A program made the position numbers and the translations under genes. A stretch of DNA of 40,207 nucleotides from sequence record SRR22947727_2090, one strand, 5' to 3'. The notes under the pieces were generated by a model. That model saw nothing but the letters and a program-made list of their open reading frames with translations, did no database searches and was not told the origin of the DNA. How positions within the stretch are numbered: position 1 is the first letter of the stretch; each line of letters starts with the position of its first letter. Below, piece by piece: positions 26,900 to 34,381 of this stretch.

Positions 26900-27898
26900 A
26901 TGAACCCCGAAGCATTAAAACAACTCAAGAACGTAAATATTCTCTCTAAGGAGTCCCAAACCTCAGATTACATTTCAGTAGGATCTTACGCTCTCAATCA
27001 CGATATTACTGGCGATTTCAATAAAGGAATTCCAGTCGGAAAAATTTCTGAATACTACGGAAATGCTTCCACCGCAAAAACAGTTTTTCTCACGCACATT
27101 TTAAAAGATGCACAGAAAAAAGGTTTTTACACAATGTTAGTTGATTCTGAAAATGCATACTCGGCTGATTTTGCATCCACACTAGGATTAAATCCTGACA
27201 AACTTATTTACTGTGCGCCAGAAACTCTTGAGGATTGTTTTGAAACCATAGAAGAAACTATTTTAGAAATCAGAAAGGTTGACAAAAAAACTCCTATCGT
27301 AGTCGGATATGATTCTTTAGCAGTAAGTCCATCTAGATCTGAATATGAAGCTGCACCCGATAAAACTAGCCCGATTGATGGTGCGAAAAGAGCATTAGCA
27401 ATCGGACAACTTCTTCGTAAGATCAACCCAAAAATTAAAAAGTACAATGTATCTCTAGTGATTATTAATCAGCTTAGAGAGAAGGTTGGGGTAATGTTCG
27501 GGTCAAACGAAACGAAGGCTAGTGGAGGAAGGTCATTAGAGTTCTACCTAGGCGTAAGCTCCAAAACTCTTTCCAATAAAACTTCTGATTTAATCAGAGA
27601 TGAACACAAGCAGGTAATTGGCATTAAAGGAACTGTACGTAATACCAAGAACAAAGAAGGTCTTCCTTTTAGAGAGTCCCCTTTTAAGTTAATGTTTGAT
27701 AAAGGTCTAGATCCTTGGGTAGGGGTTGTAGAAATCTTAGAGTATAAAGGTCTGGTTGCTAAAGATGGTGGTTGGTATGTAATTAAGGAGAATAACGTTA
27801 AGTTCCGTAAGAAGCAGTTCCCCGAACTTATTGTTGACCTAGAAAATAAGGATTTTGCTGGTCTAAGAAAGCTGTTTGACCTTAAGCTTCTTAAGTAG
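26900..27898 (+). CDS. RecA/UvsX-like recombinase
   Basis: GIPVGKISEYYGNASTAKT, VDSENA, YDSLAV, IINQLREKVGVMFG, SGGRSLEFY, KNK. Confidence 0.92.
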   Translation: MNPEALKQLKNVNILSKESQTSDYISVGSYALNHDITGDFNKGIPVGKISEYYGNASTAKTVFLTHILKDAQKKGFYTMLVDSENAYSADFASTLGLNPDKLIYCAPETLEDCFETIEETILEIRKVDKKTPIVVGYDSLAVSPSRSEYEAAPDKTSPIDGAKRALAIGQLLRKINPKIKKYNVSLVIINQLREKVGVMFGSNETKASGGRSLEFYLGVSSKTLSNKTSDLIRDEHKQVIGIKGTVRNTKNKEGLPFRESPFKLMFDKGLDPWVGVVEILEYKGLVAKDGGWYVIKENNVKFRKKQFPELIVDLENKDFAGLRKLFDLKLLK

Positions 27899-27959
27899 TA
27901 AGAAAAGTTTCTTAGAGTTTGTTGAAGACTTTGCTGGGTGTACAAGGTATAATAAGGCT

Positions 27960-28253
27960 ATGAATCAAGAAAAATTTCTAAAAGCTCTCACTAAAAGACT
28001 CAACGACCACTTCGAAGTAATCGGAACTGAGACAGGGACTACTCGCCCAATACACACTCGGAAAAAAGATTCGAAGAAAGTATTGACCAAGGCACCTAAG
28101 TCTGATATAATAGAGCCATCGAAGAGCACGAAGCTCTACGAGTCCATCGAGGACTACACTAAGAAGACTGGTAAGAGATTTCGTATGACTAAGGAAGACT
28201 CTGCCCTTAACCTAACCCGTGAACAAGCGTTCGAAAAACGATTCAACAACTAA
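27960..28253 (+). CDS. Hypothetical basic protein
   Basis: The ATG at 27960 lies 6 nt after TATAAT, so it is a more likely start than 27876. Confidence 0.6.
   Translation: MNQEKFLKALTKRLNDHFEVIGTETGTTRPIHTRKKDSKKVLTKAPKSDIIEPSKSTKLYESIEDYTKKTGKRFRMTKEDSALNLTREQAFEKRFNN
28083..28111 (+). promoter_or_regulatory. Sigma70-type promoter inside an ORF, upstream of the DUF932 gene
   Basis: TTGACC-17 nt-TATAAT. Confidence 0.65.
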
Positions 28254-28255
28254 TT

Positions 28256-29044
28256 ATGCTTACTATCAAAAACGAAGAACTCATCCGTACCTTTGCTCCC
28301 GCTGCTTTTGCAACTACCCCTGACCCTGTTCAGGTTTCTAGTCGTTATAAGTTCCTTCCTACTACCGATATTATGGAAGTACTCCAAGAGGAGGGTTGGG
28401 TAGCTCACGAAGCTCAACAGGTTAAGTCCCGTAAGTGGAGTGCAGAACACGCCAAGCACCTTATTCGTTTCCGTCACGAATCTCTCTCAATGAATGAGTT
28501 TGGTGTTGGAGACTCTTTTCCTGAGATGCTTCTTATCAACTGCCACAATGGTCTAGGAAGCTACCAACTTCGTGCAGGACTCTTTCGTATGGTTTGTTCT
28601 AACGGTATGATTGTTTCTGACGCTGAGTATGGAAACGTAAGTCAGCGTCACATTGGTTTCAGTGCAGAGGATGTTATTAAGTCCTCTCGTAAAGTTATCG
28701 AGGATGCTTCCACCTTGTCTAACGTAGTAACTGCTTGGGAGTCTATCGTTCTCAACAAAGAACAATCGAAGGAGTATATTTCTAGGGCGGCTGAGATTCG
28801 TTTTGGTGACAGTGTAGATCGTAATATCCTAACTAACCTTAACCGTGCTCGTCGTTCTGAGGATGTTGGGGATACTTTGTGGCGTAGCCATAACCGTGTC
28901 CAAGAAAGTCTTATGCGTGGAGGATTTGTTAACGGTACTACCAACCGTCGAGCACGGGAGATTACTAACATCAACACTAATCTCCAGATCAACACGGATC
29001 TCTGGGCTCTTTCTACTGAGTTTGCACAAGCAGTCCAAAACTAA
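28256..29044 (+). CDS. DUF932 family protein
   Basis: SSRYKFLPT, KHLIRFR, LINCHNG, AGLFRMVCSNGMI, RRSED, LWRSHNRVQE. Confidence 0.88.
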   Translation: MLTIKNEELIRTFAPAAFATTPDPVQVSSRYKFLPTTDIMEVLQEEGWVAHEAQQVKSRKWSAEHAKHLIRFRHESLSMNEFGVGDSFPEMLLINCHNGLGSYQLRAGLFRMVCSNGMIVSDAEYGNVSQRHIGFSAEDVIKSSRKVIEDASTLSNVVTAWESIVLNKEQSKEYISRAAEIRFGDSVDRNILTNLNRARRSEDVGDTLWRSHNRVQESLMRGGFVNGTTNRRAREITNINTNLQINTDLWALSTEFAQAVQN

Positions 29045-29071
29045 ATAACCAAAAATAAACTTTATTACAAC

Positions 29072-29108
29072 AAGGTCCTACTTTACTAGATAAAGTAGGA
29101 CCTTATTT
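29072..29108 (+). terminator. Rho-independent terminator
   Basis: 13-bp stem AAGGTCCTACTTT/AAAGTAGGACCTT followed by ATTT. Confidence 0.7.
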
Positions 29109-29115
29109 AATACCT

Positions 29116-29454
29116 ATGGAAGAAGATAAAGAATTATTTCGAGTTCCCTTTAAACTTAGGAAAGATGGAACTTATATTACAACAACACAGTTAAAAATGT
29201 ACTTAAGTACTAAAGAAGGAAAAGAGGCTTTTATGGAAGCGTCTGACGATTTTTTTGAGTACCTAGATAGGTGCCGAATTTATAATTTGGTATACGACGA
29301 GAACGAAAAAGATGCTAAATCAGCACGTTTATTTTGGGATCACAAGAACGAGTGTGTTGCTGTTCAGTGGCCTAAAGGAGGCAAGGTATCTGAGATGGTT
29401 AAGAGTTTAGTTGCATCAGAAGATGATGAAGATGAGGATTTTTTCTTTTACTAA
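29116..29454 (+). CDS. Hypothetical protein
   Basis: 112-aa ORF, TAATG-coupled to the next gene. Confidence 0.7.
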   Translation: MEEDKELFRVPFKLRKDGTYITTTQLKMYLSTKEGKEAFMEASDDFFEYLDRCRIYNLVYDENEKDAKSARLFWDHKNECVAVQWPKGGKVSEMVKSLVASEDDEDEDFFFY

Positions 29455-29648
29455 TGAGTAAGTCTAATAAAAATGATTCTTCTCCTAGGGAACGATTTAA
29501 AAAGTCTAAAAGTAAGAAGTTGGATAAAGGTTGCCGAGAAATAGGCCAGAAACGCTATAATAAGAGGACAACATCGTCCAATGACGATGAGTATGCGTAT
29601 CTTGATGACGAAGATACGTTTGAAAAGTTTTCTAAAAAACGCAAATGA
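29454..29648 (+). CDS. Small charged hypothetical protein
   Basis: 64-aa ORF with TAATG overlap. Confidence 0.6.
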   Translation: MSKSNKNDSSPRERFKKSKSKKLDKGCREIGQKRYNKRTTSSNDDEYAYLDDEDTFEKFSKKRK

Positions 29649-29788
29649 ACATTTATCTAGACTTAATGGTGGAAACGCCTTTCTTTCCGAATCCTATCTC
29701 TTTGTACCAATACGAAGAACTTTTGAAAAATTACCTAGTGTTTCCCCTATCTACTTTAGAGGATAACAACTATGGTAGCAGAATATAA
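29645..29788 (+). CDS. Possible 47-aa protein (not in ORF track)
   Basis: ATGA overlap with the previous stop; MNIYLDLMVETPFFPNP...; fills the gap. Confidence 0.35.
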   Translation: MNIYLDLMVETPFFPNPISLYQYEELLKNYLVFPLSTLEDNNYGSRI

Positions 29789-30110
29789 ACCAAAAGGTAA
29801 CGCATACTTTAACGAAGTTAGAGTTCAGAAGCAGATCAAGAGTATTCTTGAAGAGAACAAGCAAGACAGACTAAAAGCTTTAGAGGCTTACGAGTACTTT
29901 AAAGATCGTTTAGAGACTGACGAGGGAGATCCAAACCCTGAGAACCAACGAGCGATGTTGGACAGTCTTAAGATTGCTCAGACTGCTAGAAATAACTCGG
30001 TAAAGCTTATTACTATACTTAACAAAAACTTTGAAGGTGAGAAGTCGCCTTCTAACAAAACTAAAACAAAAGACAAGGGTTCCGTTAACCCACTTTTTAC
30101 AAAGACCTAA
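29772..30110 (+). CDS. Hypothetical helical protein
   Basis: 112-aa ORF ending just before the ATG of the next gene. Confidence 0.7.
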   Translation: MVAEYKPKGNAYFNEVRVQKQIKSILEENKQDRLKALEAYEYFKDRLETDEGDPNPENQRAMLDSLKIAQTARNNSVKLITILNKNFEGEKSPSNKTKTKDKGSVNPLFTKT

Positions 30111-30111
30111 T

Positions 30112-31455
30112 ATGGCAAAAACACCTGATTCGTGCAGGACCGTTGTTCCCGATCTAGATATAGTTGTATCTATCAAAAGGCTAAACGACGAGGAATTTCT
30201 TAGTTACTACAAAGAACTACTTCTCTTGATGGGAAACCCCGATTTGGGGATTATTTCCGTTCAGAATTATAAGCAAATTATAGTTAGAGATTTTCTTATT
30301 TCAGAAGGAGATAAATGCGATTTTGAAGATGACAATTTTATTGATTCGTTGTACTCCGCTATCACTATTGTATACCCAGTGTTTCTACTTGAGTATATTT
30401 GCGGAGATCTTAATGCTATCGGTTACGTTAATACTGTAACTAAATCAAAATTTGATGAAGCAACAGTGTCTAGTTTTGTTGAGTCTAAAGGGTTTTTCGG
30501 TAATACTCTTACAAAGTCGGAAATTACTGGAGAGTTAGAGATTTCTCTACCTCCTATAACAAGTAGAGGAGAACTTGACGAGTTAGACGAATTCCTTAGA
30601 AGTAAGATCATGGGACAAGACCATGTTATTGATGATGTTCTAGTAAACCTTAAGGTAATGGCAGCAGGACTGTCTAAGCATTCGTCTTTCTTTTTTATTG
30701 GACCAACAGGTGTAGGTAAGACTGAACTGTCTAAGCTATTAGCTGAAAAGCTAAATACTAACTTCTTTAAGATTAACTGTGCTGAGTACGCTTCGGCTCA
30801 CGAATACGCTAAACTAATCGGAAGTCCTCCCGGATATGTTGGACACTCTGAAAAGAGTCTTTTGTTTGAGAAAGCAGAAAAGTCTAATCAGTGGGTATTT
30901 CTTTTTGATGAGATTGAAAAGGCACACCACAAGCTGTATAACTTTCTTCTATCCTTACTAGACTCTGGAACCTGTACTGACAACCTAGGTCGAGAGTTAG
31001 ATTTCTCTAACTCAATTTTTATCTTTACTTCTAATCTTGGTGTTAAAGAAATCAACAATACTTCTGTTGGTTTTGGAAGTGATGTTAAGAGTAAAGAAGA
31101 AGAAGCGACTTACTCTCTTGAAGCAATAAAGAAAGAGTTCAACCCAGAGTTCATTAACCGTGTAGATAGTTTTTCAACTTTTAACTCTTTGAGTCCAAGT
31201 ATTGTAGAGAAGATTGCTAAACTTCAACTGGCAGACTTACCTATTAAGGTTAATAAAACTTTAGTTAAGTATGTGGCTGAAAAAGGTTACTCTAAGGACT
31301 ATGGAGCTAGAAACATTAATAGATTTATTAAAAAGAACGTGACTCCTTTAGTAGCCGATGCTATACTAGACGGAGTTATGCCTAAGAAAGGCGGCTACTA
31401 CAATATGAGAGTAACTAAGGAAGGGATTAAGGTAGTAAATACCGCTAAAACCTAG
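30112..31455 (+). CDS. ClpA/ClpB-like AAA+ ATPase (single D2-type module with an unrecognised N-terminal domain)
   Basis: IMGQDHVI, GPTGVGKTEL, KLIGSPPGYVG, LFDEIEKAH, IFTSNLG, PEFINRVD, YGARNI; ATG at 30112. Confidence 0.9.
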   Translation: MAKTPDSCRTVVPDLDIVVSIKRLNDEEFLSYYKELLLLMGNPDLGIISVQNYKQIIVRDFLISEGDKCDFEDDNFIDSLYSAITIVYPVFLLEYICGDLNAIGYVNTVTKSKFDEATVSSFVESKGFFGNTLTKSEITGELEISLPPITSRGELDELDEFLRSKIMGQDHVIDDVLVNLKVMAAGLSKHSSFFFIGPTGVGKTELSKLLAEKLNTNFFKINCAEYASAHEYAKLIGSPPGYVGHSEKSLLFEKAEKSNQWVFLFDEIEKAHHKLYNFLLSLLDSGTCTDNLGRELDFSNSIFIFTSNLGVKEINNTSVGFGSDVKSKEEEATYSLEAIKKEFNPEFINRVDSFSTFNSLSPSIVEKIAKLQLADLPIKVNKTLVKYVAEKGYSKDYGARNINRFIKKNVTPLVADAILDGVMPKKGGYYNMRVTKEGIKVVNTAKT

Positions 31456-31481
31456 CCGTAGCTTAAAAGCTTTTAAATTTT

Positions 31482-31523
31482 AAGGGACTCGGTATTGACC
31501 TGCTGAGTCCCTTTTGGTATAAT
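31482..31523 (+). promoter_or_regulatory. Sigma70-type promoter nested in a terminator-like hairpin
   Basis: TTGACC (31495)-17-TATAAT (31518); stem AAGGGACTCGGTA/TGCTGAGTCCCTT with TTGACC as the loop. Confidence 0.75.
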
Positions 31524-31576
31524 AAGACCCATGTGAGAGAGCGAATAGAGGCTCTAGAATATTCCTCACTTTTGTA

Positions 31577-31605
31577 GTGACAACTAACCCTGATTTTGAT
31601 ATAAT
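31577..31605 (+). promoter_or_regulatory. Sigma70-type promoter, leaderless gene
   Basis: GTGACA-17-TATAAT, with the ATG 7 nt downstream. Confidence 0.65.
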
Positions 31606-31612
31606 AGAAGAC

Positions 31613-31801
31613 ATGAAGACCAAGAACAATCGAACCAAGTTTGGACTATTTAGTAGTGAATCAGACGCACAAGCAATGTGTGAAGTTCGTTCTAAGGAGA
31701 TCCGATTTACTGACTCTACATTTTACACTACGAAGGTAGCTCGAAACAAAGCTGGGAAAAATAGTTGGTTGGCTTACTGCTTGACCAAGAAGAAAAAGTA
31801 A
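31613..31801 (+). CDS. Small basic hypothetical protein
   Basis: MKTKNNRTKFGLFSSESDAQ...; start re-assigned from 31577 using the promoter position. Confidence 0.65.
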   Translation: MKTKNNRTKFGLFSSESDAQAMCEVRSKEIRFTDSTFYTTKVARNKAGKNSWLAYCLTKKKK

Positions 31802-31811
31802 TAAAGAACAC

Positions 31812-31887
31812 TCCCCGATAGCTCAGTTGGTAGAGCGACTGATTTGTAATCAGTAGGTTGCAGGTTCGAATCCTACACCCTGAGCCA
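31812..31887 (+). pseudogene. Chimeric or pseudo tRNA with Thr (TGT) anticodon and non-pairing acceptor stem
   Basis: 76 nt with intact D and anticodon arms, TTCGAAT loop and CCA; acceptor strands TCCCCGA/ACCCTGA pair at only 3 of 7 positions. Confidence 0.75.
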
Positions 31888-31941
31888 AACAAATTTATGC
31901 TTTTTGTGATTAACACACCGTGTTAATAACTATATACTAGT

Positions 31942-32334
31942 ATGGGACATAGTAAAAAAACCAGGAAGCGTGAGTTGCGAGAATGCCCCAAGCACGGTTT
32001 AACCGAGTTTGTTGAGGCCACGAAAAAGAAAGACGGGACGTTTCGTTATAGATGCGCCAAGTGTAGAGTAGATGCTGTATCAAAGAGGCGCAAAGAACTA
32101 AAACGATTAATCGTAGAATACAAAGGCGGAAAGTGTCTGGATTGTGGATTAGAAACAGATAAGTATGGTCTTTATGATCTTCACCACAGAGATCCCAACG
32201 AAAAAGATTTTTCGTTAGGACAAGGAGGTCTAACCAGATCCTTGGAAAAGCTCAAAGAAGAAGCTGACAAGTGTGATCTTCTGTGTTCTAATTGTCACCG
32301 ACTTAGGCACATACTGTTAGAGGAAGAAAAATAA
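31942..32334 (+). CDS. HNH endonuclease (free-standing, homing-like)
   Basis: CPKHG...CAKC; YKGGKCLDCG; DLHHRDP; EADKCDLLCSNCHRLRH. Confidence 0.88.
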   Translation: MGHSKKTRKRELRECPKHGLTEFVEATKKKDGTFRYRCAKCRVDAVSKRRKELKRLIVEYKGGKCLDCGLETDKYGLYDLHHRDPNEKDFSLGQGGLTRSLEKLKEEADKCDLLCSNCHRLRHILLEEEK

Positions 32335-32377
32335 ACCACACAAAGCCCTTGACCTATCGGGTCTGGTGTGGTATAAT
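32335..32377 (+). promoter_or_regulatory. Sigma70-type promoter of the tRNA cluster within an inverted repeat
   Basis: TTGACC (32349)-17-TATAAT (32372); flanking ACCACAC/GTGTGGT and GCCC/GGGT. Confidence 0.75.
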
Positions 32378-32393
32378 GAGTATCACAAATTAA

Positions 32394-32478
32394 GGGGGAG
32401 TGGAGGAATAGGAATACTCAAGAAGCTTAAAACTTCTCGCCGAAAGGATTGAGGGTTCGAATCCCTTCTCCCCTACCA
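32394..32478 (+). tRNA. tRNA-Leu(TAA)
   Basis: GGGGGAG/CTCCCCT acceptor, AGAAG-CTTAAAA-CTTCT anticodon arm, long variable arm, encoded CCA. Confidence 0.92.
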
Positions 32479-32485
32479 AACAAAC

Positions 32486-32562
32486 GCACTCGTAGCTCAG
32501 CAGGATAGAGCAACGCACTTCTAATGCGTAGGCCGCAGGTTCGAATCCTGCCGAGTGTACCA
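32486..32562 (+). tRNA. tRNA-Arg(TCT)
   Basis: GCACTCG/CGAGTGT acceptor, ACGCA-CTTCTAA-TGCGT, encoded CCA. Confidence 0.95.
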
Positions 32563-32582
32563 AACAAAATTAAATAATTATC

Positions 32583-32714
32583 ATGACACATAAACCTAAT
32601 CCCAAATTTTTACCTCCTAAGAAGTCTGCCGACGAGTACGAACGAGAGATTGCCGCCCTAAAGGCAAGAGTCGAGGAGTTGGAAGGGTCCACCACGGAAG
32701 GCAAGGATGACTAA
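32583..32714 (+). CDS. Small coiled-coil peptide (43 aa) inside the tRNA cluster
   Basis: MTHKPNPKFLPPKKSADEYEREIAALKARVEELEG... Confidence 0.55.
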   Translation: MTHKPNPKFLPPKKSADEYEREIAALKARVEELEGSTTEGKDD

Positions 32715-32727
32715 CTTTTAAAAGTAG

Positions 32728-32804
32728 GGGCGCATAGCTTAATTGGTTAAAGCTGCAAACTCATAATTTGTCGATTCTAGGTTCAAGTCCTAGTGCGCCC
32801 ACCA
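32728..32804 (+). tRNA. tRNA with CAT anticodon, probably Ile2 (lysidine type); elongator Met not excluded
   Basis: GGGCGCA/TGCGCCC acceptor, GCAAA-CTCATAA-TTTGT, A73, CCA; no initiator features. Confidence 0.85.
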
Positions 32805-32815
32805 AACAAACAATC

Positions 32816-32889
32816 GCTTCATTAGTTTAATGGTAAAACCTAAGATTTCCAATCTTACATCATCAGTTCGATTCTGATATGAAGCTCCA
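32816..32889 (+). tRNA. tRNA-Gly(TCC)
   Basis: GCTTCAT/ATGAAGC acceptor, TAAGA-TTTCCAA-TCTTA, U73, CCA. Confidence 0.92.
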
Positions 32890-32897
32890 AAACAAAT

Positions 32898-32973
32898 GCC
32901 GAAGTAGCTCAGTTGGTAGAGCATTTGATTTGTAATCAAAATGTCGCAGGTTCAACTCCTGTCTTCGGCTCCA
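32898..32973 (+). tRNA. tRNA-Thr(TGT)
   Basis: GCCGAAG/CTTCGGC acceptor, TTTGA-TTTGTAA-TCAAA, CCA. Confidence 0.95.
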
Positions 32974-33003
32974 TTTAGAAAAAAAAATAAATCTGAATTT
33001 TTT

Positions 33004-33043
33004 AGAGAGTCCCCTTGACAAGGGCTCTCTTTCTTAGTATAAT
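33004..33043 (+). promoter_or_regulatory. Consensus sigma70 promoter centred in a palindrome, leaderless gene
   Basis: TTGACA (33015)-17-TATAAT (33038); AGAGAG..CCCTTG-A-CAAGGG-CTCTCT; ATG 6 nt after the -10 box. Confidence 0.85.
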
Positions 33044-33049
33044 GGGGGC

Positions 33050-33247
33050 ATGAAATACAACTGCCCTAACTGCCTAAGCCTCGACCTCACTATGACCCTA
33101 ACCGTGTTGGACGTAAATCCCAACAACGTTAGAGTAGACCTTGGCGAAAATGACTATAATTATGGTCGTATTATTTGCCAAGATTGCAACTTGTGTGGTC
33201 CTGCTGACTACTTCCTTACTCCAAAAACTAACACTTACCAAAACTAG
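33050..33247 (+). CDS. Small zinc-ribbon protein
   Basis: CPNC...CQDC. Confidence 0.65.
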   Translation: MKYNCPNCLSLDLTMTLTVLDVNPNNVRVDLGENDYNYGRIICQDCNLCGPADYFLTPKTNTYQN

Positions 33248-33251
33248 TCTT

Positions 33252-33536
33252 ATGAACATTCAAGAAATCTGCCGTGCTATCGTTTCCACTCCTCTTACCC
33301 GTGAAGACCTTGATGCTATCTATAATGCTGCTAAGCTAGCCAGTGATAGCCTTGCAAGTATCGCAGGAATGAGTTTCAAGGTTGGAGATGATGTTTACTT
33401 CGATGCAAAGACCCGTGGAGTTATTCAAGGAGAGATCGTTAAGATCAACCGTAAGTCCATTAAGATCTCCGCTAACAATGGTAGCCAATGGAAAGTCCAT
33501 CCTGAGTTTGTCCGCAAAGGTTTCGCACAAGGTTAA
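33252..33536 (+). CDS. Small protein with SH3/KOW-like C-terminus
   Basis: FKVGDDVYF...GEIVKINRKSIKI...WKVHP; ATG at 33252. Confidence 0.65.
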   Translation: MNIQEICRAIVSTPLTREDLDAIYNAAKLASDSLASIAGMSFKVGDDVYFDAKTRGVIQGEIVKINRKSIKISANNGSQWKVHPEFVRKGFAQG

Positions 33537-33539
33537 GTT

Positions 33540-33941
33540 ATGGTAAAAGAAATACATCACGATGATTACGATGGTCCTGAAATTATTTCCTGCCTTCACT
33601 TAGTCGAGCTTTGGCTAGGAGAAGGTGCTGGGGACGGAGTTACTTACAAGGATGGTAAACTCGTTTCACGCACTAAACTAACTGAGAAAGATGCAGAAGC
33701 ATTTATCGCTAAACAGTTATTTAAGTACACCGACTGTGGTGTATCTTTTAGTGCGGACTCTACAGGAATCCACATTGCAGGATACGCAGAAGGTTCAGAA
33801 CAGGAACTGCCTGTTTATTCTTTAGAGTGGGAAACCTTTACTGTAGGGACATTTGAATACACAGTAAAAAAAGCAGACCGAGAAGGTTGTTACGAGTGGG
33901 AATATGTAAACGGTACGCTTGAAGCAGAAGGTTATGAGTAA
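33540..33941 (+). CDS. Hypothetical acidic protein
   Basis: 133-aa ORF, TAATG-coupled to the next gene. Confidence 0.7.
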   Translation: MVKEIHHDDYDGPEIISCLHLVELWLGEGAGDGVTYKDGKLVSRTKLTEKDAEAFIAKQLFKYTDCGVSFSADSTGIHIAGYAEGSEQELPVYSLEWETFTVGTFEYTVKKADREGCYEWEYVNGTLEAEGYE

Positions 33942-34375
33942 TGGCTACACAAAAGAATCTAGATAAAACTTACATGAAGATGGCTATAGAGTTATCTAAA
34001 CTGTCATACGCAAAAAGAAAAAAGGTTGGTTGTCTTATCGTAAAAGACACTCAAATAATTTCTGAAGGATTTAATGGAACACCTAAAGGGTTTCCTAATC
34101 ATTGTGAGACTCTTTCAGACTCCGATGAACTCTACACAAAACGAGAAGTACTTCACGCAGAATCAAATGCTATTAGCAAAATAGCTAGATCTACTAATAG
34201 TTCCGAAGGTGCTACTCTCTATGTAACAACTGCTCCTTGCTACGAATGTAGTAAACTTATTATTCAAGCGGGAATAGTAAGAGTAGTCTATAAAGACTTC
34301 TACCTAGATCACGGACTGAGTTTACTAGAATATGCTGGGGTAGATACTACTTCCTATAAATCCTTAGGTCTTTAG
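33941..34375 (+). CDS. dCMP deaminase
   Basis: KVGCLIV, GFNGTPKG, HAESNAI, TAPCYECSKLIIQAGI. Confidence 0.93.
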   Translation: MATQKNLDKTYMKMAIELSKLSYAKRKKVGCLIVKDTQIISEGFNGTPKGFPNHCETLSDSDELYTKREVLHAESNAISKIARSTNSSEGATLYVTTAPCYECSKLIIQAGIVRVVYKDFYLDHGLSLLEYAGVDTTSYKSLGL

Positions 34376-34381
34376 GTACTA

